DNA of 37,210 nucleotides from Escherichia coli (GTDB lineage Bacteria; Pseudomonadota; Gammaproteobacteria; Enterobacterales; Enterobacteriaceae): NCBI RefSeq assembly GCF_003334385.1, contig NZ_QOWN01000043.1; one strand, 5' to 3'. Shown piece by piece: positions 19,611 to 29,131 of this stretch (position 1 is its first letter; each line of letters starts with the position of its first letter). The notes under the pieces were generated by a model. It saw only the letters and a program-made list of their open reading frames with translations, ran no database searches and was not told where the DNA came from. The position numbers and the translations under genes were made by a program.

Positions 19611-21023
19611 ATGGCAATGGACTTACGCGATCCGAATGTCTGGATATCGCACCTGCTGGAAAACCTGCCGGAAGAGAAACTGGCATCGGCGCTGAAAGAT
19701 GACAACCCGAACTGGGAGTATATCGACGGCGAAATCGTCAAGCTGGGATCGCTGGCCCACAGTCAACTGGATATCCCGGAACTCCAGCGCCGGGGGCTGG
19801 TCATTCTGGCTTCGGAGAGTAAGGATTTTCGTCTGCTGGCGCATCTGCTGAGAACCCTGCAACACGCCGGTGATCCTCATCTCGCATTGCGCCTGCTGGC
19901 GCTGTATGTGGAGCATTACTGGGCGGTGGCTGCGCCGCAGAATATGGCGCATAAAAAACGCTTTGCCAGCCAGGTCATTAAACGCTTTGAAACAGGTATT
20001 GAAGGTTTTTCACAGAACGCCGCCACAGAGCAGCGCGATGCGCTGTCAGGGGAACTGGCAAAACTGGCGCAATGCTGGCAGTCACATAACGCCCCGGAAC
20101 TGGCACAGGCTACTGATGATCTTTTTGCCCTGTACCAGCGTGCGTTTAATCGTGCGGCACCGGCTCCTGTCCCCACTCCGGCGGCCTCCGGTAGTTCACC
20201 ACAGACCACCGCCACGTCTGAAAGCGGCGTGACGCAACCCAGTGCTCCGGCTCCCCAAATCGTCATCGACAGTCACGACGACAAAGCCTGGCGCGACACG
20301 CTGTTAAAAGTGGCGGCCATTTTATGTGAACGCCAGCCGGATTCACCGCAGGGCTACCGTCTGCGCCGCCATGCGCTTTGGCAGAACATCACCAGTACGC
20401 CCCAGGCGGAAAGCGATGGCCGTACTCCACTGGCTGCGGTCTCCGCCGATATGGTGGCAGATTACCATGCTCAGCTCGGTAGTGCCGATATGGCGCTGTG
20501 GCAGCAGGTGGAGAAAAGCGTACTGCTGGCTCCTTACTGGCTGGATGGTCACTGCCTTTCTGCACAGACGGCGCTGCGTCTGGGTTACAAACAGGTGGCA
20601 GACGCCATCCGCGATGAGGTCATCCGCTTCCTTGAGCGTCTGCCCCAGCTTACCGGGCTGCTGTTTAATGACCACACACCGTTTATCAGTGAGCAGACGA
20701 AACAATGGCTGGCAGCTTCGCCCGACGCCAAAGTTGCACCGGTTGCGCAAATCGGTGAGGAATCGAAGGCAGCCAGAGCCTGTTTTGCTGAGCAGGGTCT
20801 GGAGGCGGCGCTGCGATATCTGGACATGCTACCCGAAGGCGATCCCCGCGATCAGTTTCACCGCCAGTACCTTGCCGCACAGTTGACGGAAGAGGCGGGG
20901 CTGGTACAGCTTGCGCAGCAGCAGTACCGGATGTTGTTCAGGATGGGATTGCAGATGATGGTGGCAGACTGGGAGCCGTCCCTGCTTGAGCAGCTAGAAC
21001 AAAAATTCACGGCAGAACAATAA
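19611..21023 (+). CDS. tssA: TssA (ImpA N-terminal domain protein)
   Basis: Starts MAMDLRDPNVWISHLLENLPEEKL.. 4 nt after the upstream stop; has a Pro/Ala/Ser/Thr-rich linker and sits before tssM. The track ORF from 19545 overlaps the upstream gene and is rejected. Confidence 0.85.
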   Translation: MAMDLRDPNVWISHLLENLPEEKLASALKDDNPNWEYIDGEIVKLGSLAHSQLDIPELQRRGLVILASESKDFRLLAHLLRTLQHAGDPHLALRLLALYVEHYWAVAAPQNMAHKKRFASQVIKRFETGIEGFSQNAATEQRDALSGELAKLAQCWQSHNAPELAQATDDLFALYQRAFNRAAPAPVPTPAASGSSPQTTATSESGVTQPSAPAPQIVIDSHDDKAWRDTLLKVAAILCERQPDSPQGYRLRRHALWQNITSTPQAESDGRTPLAAVSADMVADYHAQLGSADMALWQQVEKSVLLAPYWLDGHCLSAQTALRLGYKQVADAIRDEVIRFLERLPQLTGLLFNDHTPFISEQTKQWLAASPDAKVAPVAQIGEESKAARACFAEQGLEAALRYLDMLPEGDPRDQFHRQYLAAQLTEEAGLVQLAQQQYRMLFRMGLQMMVADWEPSLLEQLEQKFTAEQ

Positions 21024-21041
21024 AAGAGAACAGGAGTTTTT

Positions 21042-24000
21042 GTGTTCAGATTACCAACACCCCGACTACTCAGCGGACTCAAATCAGCCCTGCGACCGGC
21101 GATGCCCCGGTTTAAAGTCTCTGCTTTCTGGCTGCTGATACTGGCGTGGATTTTTCTGCTGGTGTGGATCTGGTGGAAAGGCCCGACGTGGACGCTGTAT
21201 GAAGAACAGTGGCTCAAACCACTGGCGAACCGCTGGCTGGCAACGGCGGCGTGGGGGATTATTGCCCTGATGTGGCTTACCGTCCGGGTGATGAAGCGCC
21301 TGCAACAGCTTGAAAAAATGCAAAAGCAACAGCGCGAGGAAGCCGTTGATCCGCTCAGCGTGGAACTGAACGCCCAGCAGCGTTATCTTGACCGCTGGCT
21401 GCTGCGCCTGCAACGCTATCTCGACAACCGCCGTTTCCTGTGGCAGTTGCCGTGGTATATGGTCATCGGCCCGGCGGGCAGTGGCAAAACGACACTGCTG
21501 CGCGAGGGGTTTCCGTCCGACATTATTTATGCCCCGGAGGGCGCGCGCGGCGCAGAACAACGCCTGTACCTTACGCCCCATGTCGGTAAACAGGCGGTGA
21601 TCTTTGATATCGACGGCACACTCTGCGCTCCCGCTGATGCGGATATCCTGCATCGCCGTCTGTGGGAACATGCCCTCGGCTGGCTGAAAGAAAAGCGCGC
21701 GCGCCAGCCGCTGAACGGGATTATTCTGACACTCGATTTACCCGATCTGCTTACCGCAGACAAACGCCGCCGCGAGCATCTGTTACAGACGCTGCGCAGC
21801 CGCTTGCAGGATATACGCCAGCATCTTCACTGCCAGTTACCGGTTTACGTGGTACTCACCCGGCTTGATTTATTGCAGGGTTTTGCCGCCCTGTTCCAGT
21901 CACTGAACAGACAGGATCGCGATGCGATTCTGGGCGTCACGTTCACCCGCCGCGCCCATGAAAATGATGACTGGCGAACAGAGTTGAATGCTTTCTGGCA
22001 GACATGGGTGGATCGAATGAATCTGGCGTTGCCGGATCTGATGGTCGCTCAGACTCACACCCGCACGTCTTTATTCAGTTTTTCCCGCCAGATGCAGGGA
22101 AGCCGTGAACCGCTGGTGTCACTGCTTGAGGGTCTGCTTGATGGCGAAAATATGAACGTGATGCTGCGTGGTGTCTATCTCACCTCTTCGCTTCAGCGTG
22201 GGCAGATGGATGATATATTCACCCAGTCTGCCGCCCGCCAGTACCGGCTGGGCAATAACCCACTGGCGTCCTGGCCCCTGGTGGACACCGCGCCTTATTT
22301 CACCCGCAGCCTGTTCCCGCAGGCATTACTCGCAGAGCCTAATCTGGCAACAGAGAGCCGCGCCTGGCTGATACGTTCCCGTCGCCGCCTGACAGTTTTC
22401 TCTGCCACAGGCGGCGTGGCAGCACTTCTGCTCATCACCGGCTGGCATCACTATTACAACGGTAACTATCAGTCCGGCATCACCGTGCTTAAGCAGGCCA
22501 AAGCCTTTATGGACGTGCCGCCTCCGCAGGGGGAAGATGACTTTGGCAACCTGCAACTGCCGCTTCTGAACCCGGTACGCGATGCCACACTGGCCTATGG
22601 CGACTGGGGCGACCGCAGCCGTCTGGCCGATATGGGACTGTACCAGGGACGACGTATCGGGCCTTATGTGGAACAGACCTATCTGCAACTGCTGGAGCAA
22701 CGTTACCTGCCCTCGCTGTTTAACGGGCTGGTCAAAGCGATGAACGCCGCGCCGCCGGAGAGTGAAGAAAAACTCGCGGTGCTGCGCGTAATGCGAATGC
22801 TGGAGGACAAAAGCGGACGTAACAATGAGGTGGTGAAGCAGTATATGGCAAAACGCTGGAGCGAAAAATTCCACGGCCAGCGCGATATCCAGGCACAACT
22901 GATGTCCCATCTTGACTACGCGCTGGCTCATACTGACTGGCATGCAGAGCGTCAGGCGGGCGACGGTGACGCCATCAGCCGCTGGACGCCATATGACAAG
23001 CCCGTGGTATCAGCACAGAAAGAACTGAGCAAACTGCCTGTCTACCAGCGGGTTTACCAGAGCCTGAAAACGCGGGCGCTGGGCGTTCTTCCTGCCGACC
23101 TCAATCTGCGTGACCAGGTAGGGCCAACCTTTGACCAGGTGTTTACATCTGCCGATGACAACAAACTGGTTGTTCCACAGTTTCTTACCCGTTACGGCCT
23201 GCAAAGCTATTTTGTAAAACAGCGCGATGAACTGGTTGAACTGACGGCGATGGATTCCTGGGTACTTAACCTTACCCGCAGCGTGAAATACAGTGACGCC
23301 GACCGCGCGGAAATCCAGCGCCAGTTGACCGAGCAGTATATCAGCGACTACACCGCCACCTGGCGGGCCGGGATGGACAATCTGAATATCCGCAATTTTG
23401 AGTCCATCGGACAACTGACCGGGGCGCTGGAGCAGGTTATCAGCGGCGACCAGCCTTTGCAGCGGGCGCTGACCGTCCTGCGTGACAACACACAGCCAGG
23501 CGTCTTTTCTGAAAAACTCTCTGCCAAAGAACGGGAGGAAGCCCTGGCAGAGCCGGATTACCAGTTACTCACCCGCCTCGGGCATGAATTCGCCCCGGAA
23601 AACAGTACCCTGGCAGTACAGAAAGACAAAGAAAGCACGATGCAGGCCGTGTATCAGCAACTCACCGAGTTGCACCGCTACCTGCTGGCAATCCAGAACG
23701 CGCCTGTACCAGGGAAATCGGCGCTGAAAGCCGTGCAGTTACGGCTTGATCAGAACAGCAGCGATCCGATATTCGCCACCCGCCAGATGGCAAAAACGCT
23801 GCCTGCTCCGCTCAACCGCTGGGTTGGCAGACTGACTGACCAGGCCTGGCATGTGGTGATGGTGGAGGCTGTTCATTATATGGAAGTGGACTGGCGCGAC
23901 AGCGTGGTGAAACCGTTTAACGAGCAACTGGCAAATAACTATCCGTTTAATCCGCGTTCTGCACAGGATGCCTCACTGGATGCCTTCGAACGCTTCTTTA

Positions 24001-24566
24001 AACCGGATGGCATACTGGATACCTTCTACCAGCAGAACCTGAAGCTGTTTATCGATAATGACCTGAGTCTGGAGGATGGCGATAACAACGTCATTATTCG
24101 CGAAGATATTATTGCGCAACTGGAAACTGCGCAGAAAATCCGTGACATCTTCTTCAGCAAACAGAACGGTCTGGGAACATCCTTTGCCGTGGAAACGGTA
24201 TCGCTTTCAGGCAATAAACGCCGCAGTGTACTGAACCTTGACGGTCAGTTAGTCGATTACAGCCAGGGCCGTAACTATACCGCCCATCTGGTCTGGCCTA
24301 ACAACATGCGCGAAGGCAACGAAAGTAAGCTGACGCTCATCGGCACCAGCGGCAACGCGCCGCGCAGTATCAGCTTCAGCGGGCCGTGGGCGCAGTTCCG
24401 CCTGTTCGGGGCCGGACAACTGACCGGAGTACAGGATGGCAACTTTACCGTGCGCTTTAGCGTGGACGGTGGCGCGATGACCTACCGTGTGCATACCGAC
24501 ACGGAAGATAACCCGTTCAGCGGTGGGTTGTTCAGCCAGTTTGGTCTGTCAGACACACTGTACTGA
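21042..24566 (+). CDS. tssM: TssM (IcmF/VasK) membrane-complex protein
   Basis: 1174-aa ORF with N-terminal transmembrane segments and a Walker A motif (GPAGSGKT); GTG start per the ORF track. Confidence 0.93.
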   Translation: MFRLPTPRLLSGLKSALRPAMPRFKVSAFWLLILAWIFLLVWIWWKGPTWTLYEEQWLKPLANRWLATAAWGIIALMWLTVRVMKRLQQLEKMQKQQREEAVDPLSVELNAQQRYLDRWLLRLQRYLDNRRFLWQLPWYMVIGPAGSGKTTLLREGFPSDIIYAPEGARGAEQRLYLTPHVGKQAVIFDIDGTLCAPADADILHRRLWEHALGWLKEKRARQPLNGIILTLDLPDLLTADKRRREHLLQTLRSRLQDIRQHLHCQLPVYVVLTRLDLLQGFAALFQSLNRQDRDAILGVTFTRRAHENDDWRTELNAFWQTWVDRMNLALPDLMVAQTHTRTSLFSFSRQMQGSREPLVSLLEGLLDGENMNVMLRGVYLTSSLQRGQMDDIFTQSAARQYRLGNNPLASWPLVDTAPYFTRSLFPQALLAEPNLATESRAWLIRSRRRLTVFSATGGVAALLLITGWHHYYNGNYQSGITVLKQAKAFMDVPPPQGEDDFGNLQLPLLNPVRDATLAYGDWGDRSRLADMGLYQGRRIGPYVEQTYLQLLEQRYLPSLFNGLVKAMNAAPPESEEKLAVLRVMRMLEDKSGRNNEVVKQYMAKRWSEKFHGQRDIQAQLMSHLDYALAHTDWHAERQAGDGDAISRWTPYDKPVVSAQKELSKLPVYQRVYQSLKTRALGVLPADLNLRDQVGPTFDQVFTSADDNKLVVPQFLTRYGLQSYFVKQRDELVELTAMDSWVLNLTRSVKYSDADRAEIQRQLTEQYISDYTATWRAGMDNLNIRNFESIGQLTGALEQVISGDQPLQRALTVLRDNTQPGVFSEKLSAKEREEALAEPDYQLLTRLGHEFAPENSTLAVQKDKESTMQAVYQQLTELHRYLLAIQNAPVPGKSALKAVQLRLDQNSSDPIFATRQMAKTLPAPLNRWVGRLTDQAWHVVMVEAVHYMEVDWRDSVVKPFNEQLANNYPFNPRSAQDASLDAFERFFKPDGILDTFYQQNLKLFIDNDLSLEDGDNNVIIREDIIAQLETAQKIRDIFFSKQNGLGTSFAVETVSLSGNKRRSVLNLDGQLVDYSQGRNYTAHLVWPNNMREGNESKLTLIGTSGNAPRSISFSGPWAQFRLFGAGQLTGVQDGNFTVRFSVDGGAMTYRVHTDTEDNPFSGGLFSQFGLSDTLY

Positions 24567-24576
24567 GGAGGCAGGG

Positions 24577-25929
24577 ATGAATAGTAACGTACTGACACAA
24601 ACTATCGTTACCGGCAGTGACCCGCGCGGGCTGCCGGAATTCAGCGCCATCCGCGAGGAAATAAACAAAGCCAGCCACCCGTCACAGCCTGAGCTGAACT
24701 GGAAACTGGTGGAGTCGCTGGCGCTGGCGATTTTTAAAGCCAACGGTGTGGATTTACACACCGCCACCTACTATACGCTTGCCCGGACACGGACACAGGG
24801 ACTGGCGGGATTCTGCGAAGGTGCGGAACTGCTGGCGGCAATGGTAAGCCACGACTGGGATAAGTTCTGGCCGCAGGGCGGCCCGGCGCGTACTGAAATG
24901 CTGGACTGGTTTAACTCCCGAACCGGCAATATTCTGCGTCAGCAAATCTCCTTTGCGGAATCCGACCTACCACTGATCTACCGCACAGAGCGGGCATTGC
25001 AGCTTATCTGCGATAAGCTCCAGCAGGTGGAACTGAAGCGCGTTCCGCGCGTGGAGAATCTGCTCTATTTTATGCAGAACACGCGTAAACGGCTTGAACC
25101 CCAGCTGAAGAGTAACACTGAGAACGCCGCACAGACCACGGTCAGAACGCTGATTTATGCCCCGGAAACACAGGCATCTTCCACACCAGAAGCGGTAGTG
25201 CCTCCCCTGCCCGGCCTGCCTGAGATGAAAGTGGAAGTGCGCAGTCTGACAGAGAATCCCCCACAGGCCAGTGTGATAAAGCAAGGCAGTACGGTAAGAG
25301 GGTTTATCGCAGGGATCGCCTGTTCAGTGGCTGTCGCCTCAGCATTGTGGTGGTGGCAGGTCTATCCGGTGCAGCAGCAACTGTTACAGGTTAACGACAC
25401 CGCTCAGGGCGCAGCAACGGTGTGGATGGCCTCACCTGAACTCGAAAACTATGAGCGCAGGCTGCAACAACTTCTTGATACCTCCCCGGTACAGCCGCTG
25501 GAAACCGGGATGCAGATGATGCGTGTTGCCGACAGTCGCTGGCCGGAAAGCCTGCAACAGCAACAGGCCTCGACACAATGGAATGAGGCACTCAAAACCC
25601 GCGCACAGAGTAGCCCGCAGTTGCGTGGCTGGTTGCAGACCCGCCAGGACTTACATGCTTTTGCAGATCTAGTGATGCAGCGCGAGAAAGAGGGACTAAC
25701 CCTTTCCTATATCAAAAATGTCATCTGGCAGGCGGAGCGGGGACTGGGGCAGGAAACACCCGTTGAGTCTCTGTTGACGCAGTACCATGATGCCCGTGCG
25801 CAGAAGCAGAATACAGATGCGCTGGAAAAACAAATTAATGAGCGACTCGAAGGCGTGTTAAGCCGCTGGCTGCTGCTGAAGAATAACGTCATGCCAGAGG
25901 CGGCAACCGGTACCACGGCCGAAAAATAA
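24577..25929 (+). CDS. ImpA_N-domain membrane protein (VasL-like)
   Basis: Starts MNSNVLTQ.. at the ATG at 24577 (GAGGAGG upstream, 10 nt after the tssM stop). N-terminal region resembles the ImpA_N fold (..LARTRTQGLAGFCEGAELLAAMVSHDWDKFWPQ..) and there is a central transmembrane helix; it follows tssM as VasL does. Confidence 0.65.
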   Translation: MNSNVLTQTIVTGSDPRGLPEFSAIREEINKASHPSQPELNWKLVESLALAIFKANGVDLHTATYYTLARTRTQGLAGFCEGAELLAAMVSHDWDKFWPQGGPARTEMLDWFNSRTGNILRQQISFAESDLPLIYRTERALQLICDKLQQVELKRVPRVENLLYFMQNTRKRLEPQLKSNTENAAQTTVRTLIYAPETQASSTPEAVVPPLPGLPEMKVEVRSLTENPPQASVIKQGSTVRGFIAGIACSVAVASALWWWQVYPVQQQLLQVNDTAQGAATVWMASPELENYERRLQQLLDTSPVQPLETGMQMMRVADSRWPESLQQQQASTQWNEALKTRAQSSPQLRGWLQTRQDLHAFADLVMQREKEGLTLSYIKNVIWQAERGLGQETPVESLLTQYHDARAQKQNTDALEKQINERLEGVLSRWLLLKNNVMPEAATGTTAEK

Positions 25930-25952
25930 TTATTTAATTAAAGGAGATTATC

Positions 25953-26435
25953 ATGGCAAATATAAGTTATTTATCTTTGAGTGGAGAGACACAAGGGCTA
26001 ATTTCAGCAGGTTGCTCAACGCTTGATTCTGTCGGAAACAAAGCGCAGCCAGAACATAAAGATCAGATCATGGTTTATGCGTTAATGCATTCCATCTCAA
26101 GAAGTCAAAATGTCAATCATCATGAATTAATTATCACCAAACCGGTTGATAAATCCTCACCATTGCTGGCAAAAGCACTTAGTGACAATGAAAAAATGGC
26201 AATATGTGAATTTATACTCTACCGAACCAGTAAAGCGGGTATTTACCAGCCTTATTATAAAATAAATCTGTCAAAAGCCCGAATATCAAGTATTGATTTT
26301 GTCACACCGCATGCTGTCCTGGAAAAAGAACTGGAACCACAGGAGAGAATTGCCTTTATTTATGAAGATATTTCCTGGGAGCATACGTTAGCCGGTACGA
26401 ATGCAATGAGTAAATGGCAGGATCGTGTACAGTAA
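25953..26435 (+). CDS. hcp: Second, divergent Hcp-family protein (hcp2)
   Basis: 160-aa ORF MANISYLSLSGETQGLISAGCSTLDSVGN.. sharing the Hcp N-terminal signature with the hcp at 5349-5867 but otherwise divergent; AGGAG ribosome-binding site; AT-rich codon usage. Confidence 0.85.
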   Translation: MANISYLSLSGETQGLISAGCSTLDSVGNKAQPEHKDQIMVYALMHSISRSQNVNHHELIITKPVDKSSPLLAKALSDNEKMAICEFILYRTSKAGIYQPYYKINLSKARISSIDFVTPHAVLEKELEPQERIAFIYEDISWEHTLAGTNAMSKWQDRVQ

Positions 26436-26478
26436 CTTACTGTAATAACATAATAAATTACTATTGCGGAGAGATAAA

Positions 26479-27393
26479 ATGGCTGGTTTAAGGAATAACA
26501 ACAACACACAGAATGCACAGTGGGCTGATTATGTGGGTGACATTCTTCGGGGGGCTCAGCCGATAAACCAGCTAGTACCTCAGCACCCTTATCTTAACGA
26601 CGTCCCACTCATTGATGAGTTAAGGCATCAGAACACTCATCATGTTATTCCCTTGACACTTGATGTTGCAAAAAAAATACTCAGCCCAATAACATCATTT
26701 GATTACATTCATTTTATCACTACACATCCTTCAGGTATAAAAGATACACTCGCCTGGTTAGTTAACGCGGGTAAATTAATGACTGAGTTTGATGACAATG
26801 GGAAAATTATATTTAACCTTAATGCCTTAAAGTATACAAAAGCAAGTTACTTTGAAATACTTGGAGAGAAATATATAAAAATCACAACATCCAGCCCCTG
26901 GCTTTTAGAAAAGCTCGGTAAATATATTTTCTCTTCACGAGCGCCTCAAGTTCTGGAACTCGCTATTGGCTGGCGAGGAGCTTTATCTGAATCAATAAAA
27001 GGAGTTAAGTTCTGTATCTGGTTTTCAGTAGCCTGGAGAACCATAGAATTTATTATGAGTTCAGAGCGAGATCTGGTTAATTTTCTTGGCGATTTTTCAA
27101 TGGATGTGGCCAAAGCAGTTATAGCCGGTGGTGTTGCAACCGCTATTGGAAGTCTGGCTTCTTTTGCCTGTGTTAGCTTTGGCTTTCCAGTAATTCTTGT
27201 CGGAGGAGCAATTTTACTGACAGGGATAGTGTGTACAGTTGTTTTAAATGAAATCGATGCTCAATGCCATTTATCAGAAAAATTAAAATATGCAATTAGA
27301 GATGGACTAAAACGGCAACAGGAACTTGATAAATGGAAAAGGGAAAACATGACTCCATTTATGTATGTTCTTAACACTCCACCCGTGATATGA
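26479..27393 (+). CDS. Hypothetical protein; candidate Hcp-associated membrane-targeting effector
   Basis: 304-aa product from the ATG at 26479 with no family signature I recognise. C-terminus carries two hydrophobic glycine-zipper-like segments (AVIAGGVATAIGSLASFACVSF, FPVILVGGAILLTGIVCTVV). Directly follows hcp2; AT-rich. Confidence 0.6.
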   Translation: MAGLRNNNNTQNAQWADYVGDILRGAQPINQLVPQHPYLNDVPLIDELRHQNTHHVIPLTLDVAKKILSPITSFDYIHFITTHPSGIKDTLAWLVNAGKLMTEFDDNGKIIFNLNALKYTKASYFEILGEKYIKITTSSPWLLEKLGKYIFSSRAPQVLELAIGWRGALSESIKGVKFCIWFSVAWRTIEFIMSSERDLVNFLGDFSMDVAKAVIAGGVATAIGSLASFACVSFGFPVILVGGAILLTGIVCTVVLNEIDAQCHLSEKLKYAIRDGLKRQQELDKWKRENMTPFMYVLNTPPVI

Positions 27394-27402
27394 GGATTAA
27401 CC

Positions 27403-27882
27403 ATGCGTTTACATGTTAAATTAAAAGAGTTTCTTTCGATGTTTTTTATGGCCATATTATTTTTCCCTGCATTCAATGCTTCTTTGTTTTTTACCGGAGT
27501 TAAACCTCTATATTCAATAATAAAATGCTCCACGGAAATATTTTATGATTGGAGAATGTTGATTCTGTGCTTCGGTTTCATGTCGTTTTCCTTTTTAAAT
27601 ATTCATGTAATTTTACTTACGATAATAAAATCATTCTTAATCAAAAAAACGAAGGTAGTCAATTTCGCCACAGACATAACAATACAGCTAACTCTTATAT
27701 TTTTACTAATAGCTATCGTAATAGCACCTTTAATAGCTCATTTTGTCACAGGATATGTCAATACTAATTATCACCCCTGCGGTAATAATACGGGAATTTT
27801 CCCAGGAGCAATCTATATTAAAAATGGCATGAAATGTAATAATGGATATATTTCTCGCAAGGAAGATTCAGCAGTTAAATAA
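27403..27882 (+). CDS. Small polytopic inner-membrane protein; candidate immunity protein
   Basis: 159-aa ORF starting 9 nt after the upstream stop (GAGGA upstream), with about 3-4 predicted transmembrane helices and a Cys-containing C-terminal tail; very AT-rich. Confidence 0.6.
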   Translation: MRLHVKLKEFLSMFFMAILFFPAFNASLFFTGVKPLYSIIKCSTEIFYDWRMLILCFGFMSFSFLNIHVILLTIIKSFLIKKTKVVNFATDITIQLTLIFLLIAIVIAPLIAHFVTGYVNTNYHPCGNNTGIFPGAIYIKNGMKCNNGYISRKEDSAVK

Positions 27883-28018
27883 TTAAATATTCTAAAACAA
27901 ACAGTTTTTAACTCCGGATTCCATGTCCTTTCTTGCACTGTCTTTGTCAAGAAAAATTTCTTATGCAAAGAATTTTGTATTATTGCCGCCAGAAATTCCT
28001 GGCGGCAGATATAATTTA

Positions 28019-28804
28019 TTATTGATAGCGGTTAACCAAATCTTTTACCATCGCTTTATAGGTCTTTTGCTTAAGTTGCATGATTTGCTGCTCTGTCATA
28101 TCAGTCGTACTGGCTTCATTCTTGTCGGGCAATGGTGGAAGCACTTTATATTCATAATTCACCGGCGACCAGGTAGCCCACTCACCTGTTGCCACATCCA
28201 CCAGCGTGAAACGTACCAGGTAGCGCAGGGAGATAGCGTCAGTGAGTTTGTCATTTTTATAGTCGGACCATACTGTTGATTTCAGCGCAGAGTCATATTT
28301 TCCTGTCTGCAACATATCCTGGTAAACAATAATCGCTTTCTGATGTCCTTTTGCAGCCACAAAACGCAGTGCCTGCATCCAGTTCATATTCTCAGCACTG
28401 GCAACATCCTCGTTCTCATTTTTATCTTTGTTTTTGTTACAAGTCAGAGGCTTTTGCCTGTCCGGGATACCAGAGAATGTGGAAACAGTATAATATTTTC
28501 GCATCTCCTCCTGCATAATGGTTTCCGGTGCGCGGTTGCCGGATTGAACAAGTATTACAGGAGAATTAAGGGGAACGCGGAACTCATCTCCATCAAGCGC
28601 AGCTTGAATATCCTCTTCGGATACGGCCAGAGTGGTTTCATTACCGAATAAATCTTTGTCTGTCAGTTGCTGGGGAGTGTTTTTATTAATATTACTTTGT
28701 GTGACTTGAGCTTTTTTCTTCTTTTCATCAATAGAAGATTCAGAGGCACATCCTGCAAGCAGCGAGAATAACACACATATGCAACAAAGCTTTTTTGAAT
28801 TCAT
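28019..28804 (-). CDS. yafT: Putative lipoprotein (YafT-like)
   Basis: 261-aa ORF with signal peptide and lipobox (..LLAGCASE..), next to tRNA-Asp. Length and position match what I recall of E. coli yafT. Confidence 0.75.
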
Positions 28805-29071
28805 AATTGGACACTCCCTCGCCTGTCATAATGATTAGAATATTTAGCATTGATAACGGACTCTAATTATATACCTCACTTAAATAATAACAAACAAAAT
28901 CAATTTGAAATATACATTCATTTAATCAATATAAATTTATTCTCTAGAAATATATTTAAGCTGAATGGTTCGATATCATTATTGAATTTTAATGAATGAG
29001 ACAACAAGCGAGAATCACGCACCTACGCCAGAGTAAAATCATTGAACAGAGAAATGGTGGAATTCAAATAC

Positions 29072-29102
29072 AAAAAAACCGCAAAATTAAAAATCTTGCG
29101 GC
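29072..29102 (-). terminator. Rho-independent terminator of tRNA-Asp
   Basis: Stem ccgcaa / ttgcgg with an AT loop; T-run follows on the minus strand (plus-strand a-run at 29072-29078), just downstream of the tRNA 3' end. Confidence 0.5.
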
Positions 29103-29131
29103 TCTCTGAACTCATTTTCATGAGTGAATAG

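Noticed and set aside
22326..22943. 205-aa minus-strand ORF inside tssM
   Set aside because: Antisense shadow ORF within tssM; no motif or ribosome-binding site support.
27984..28008. Possible terminator hairpin (gccgccag / ctggcggc) between the candidate immunity gene and yafT
   Set aside because: The stem is convincing but neither strand has a clean T-run after it, so I did not list it as a feature.
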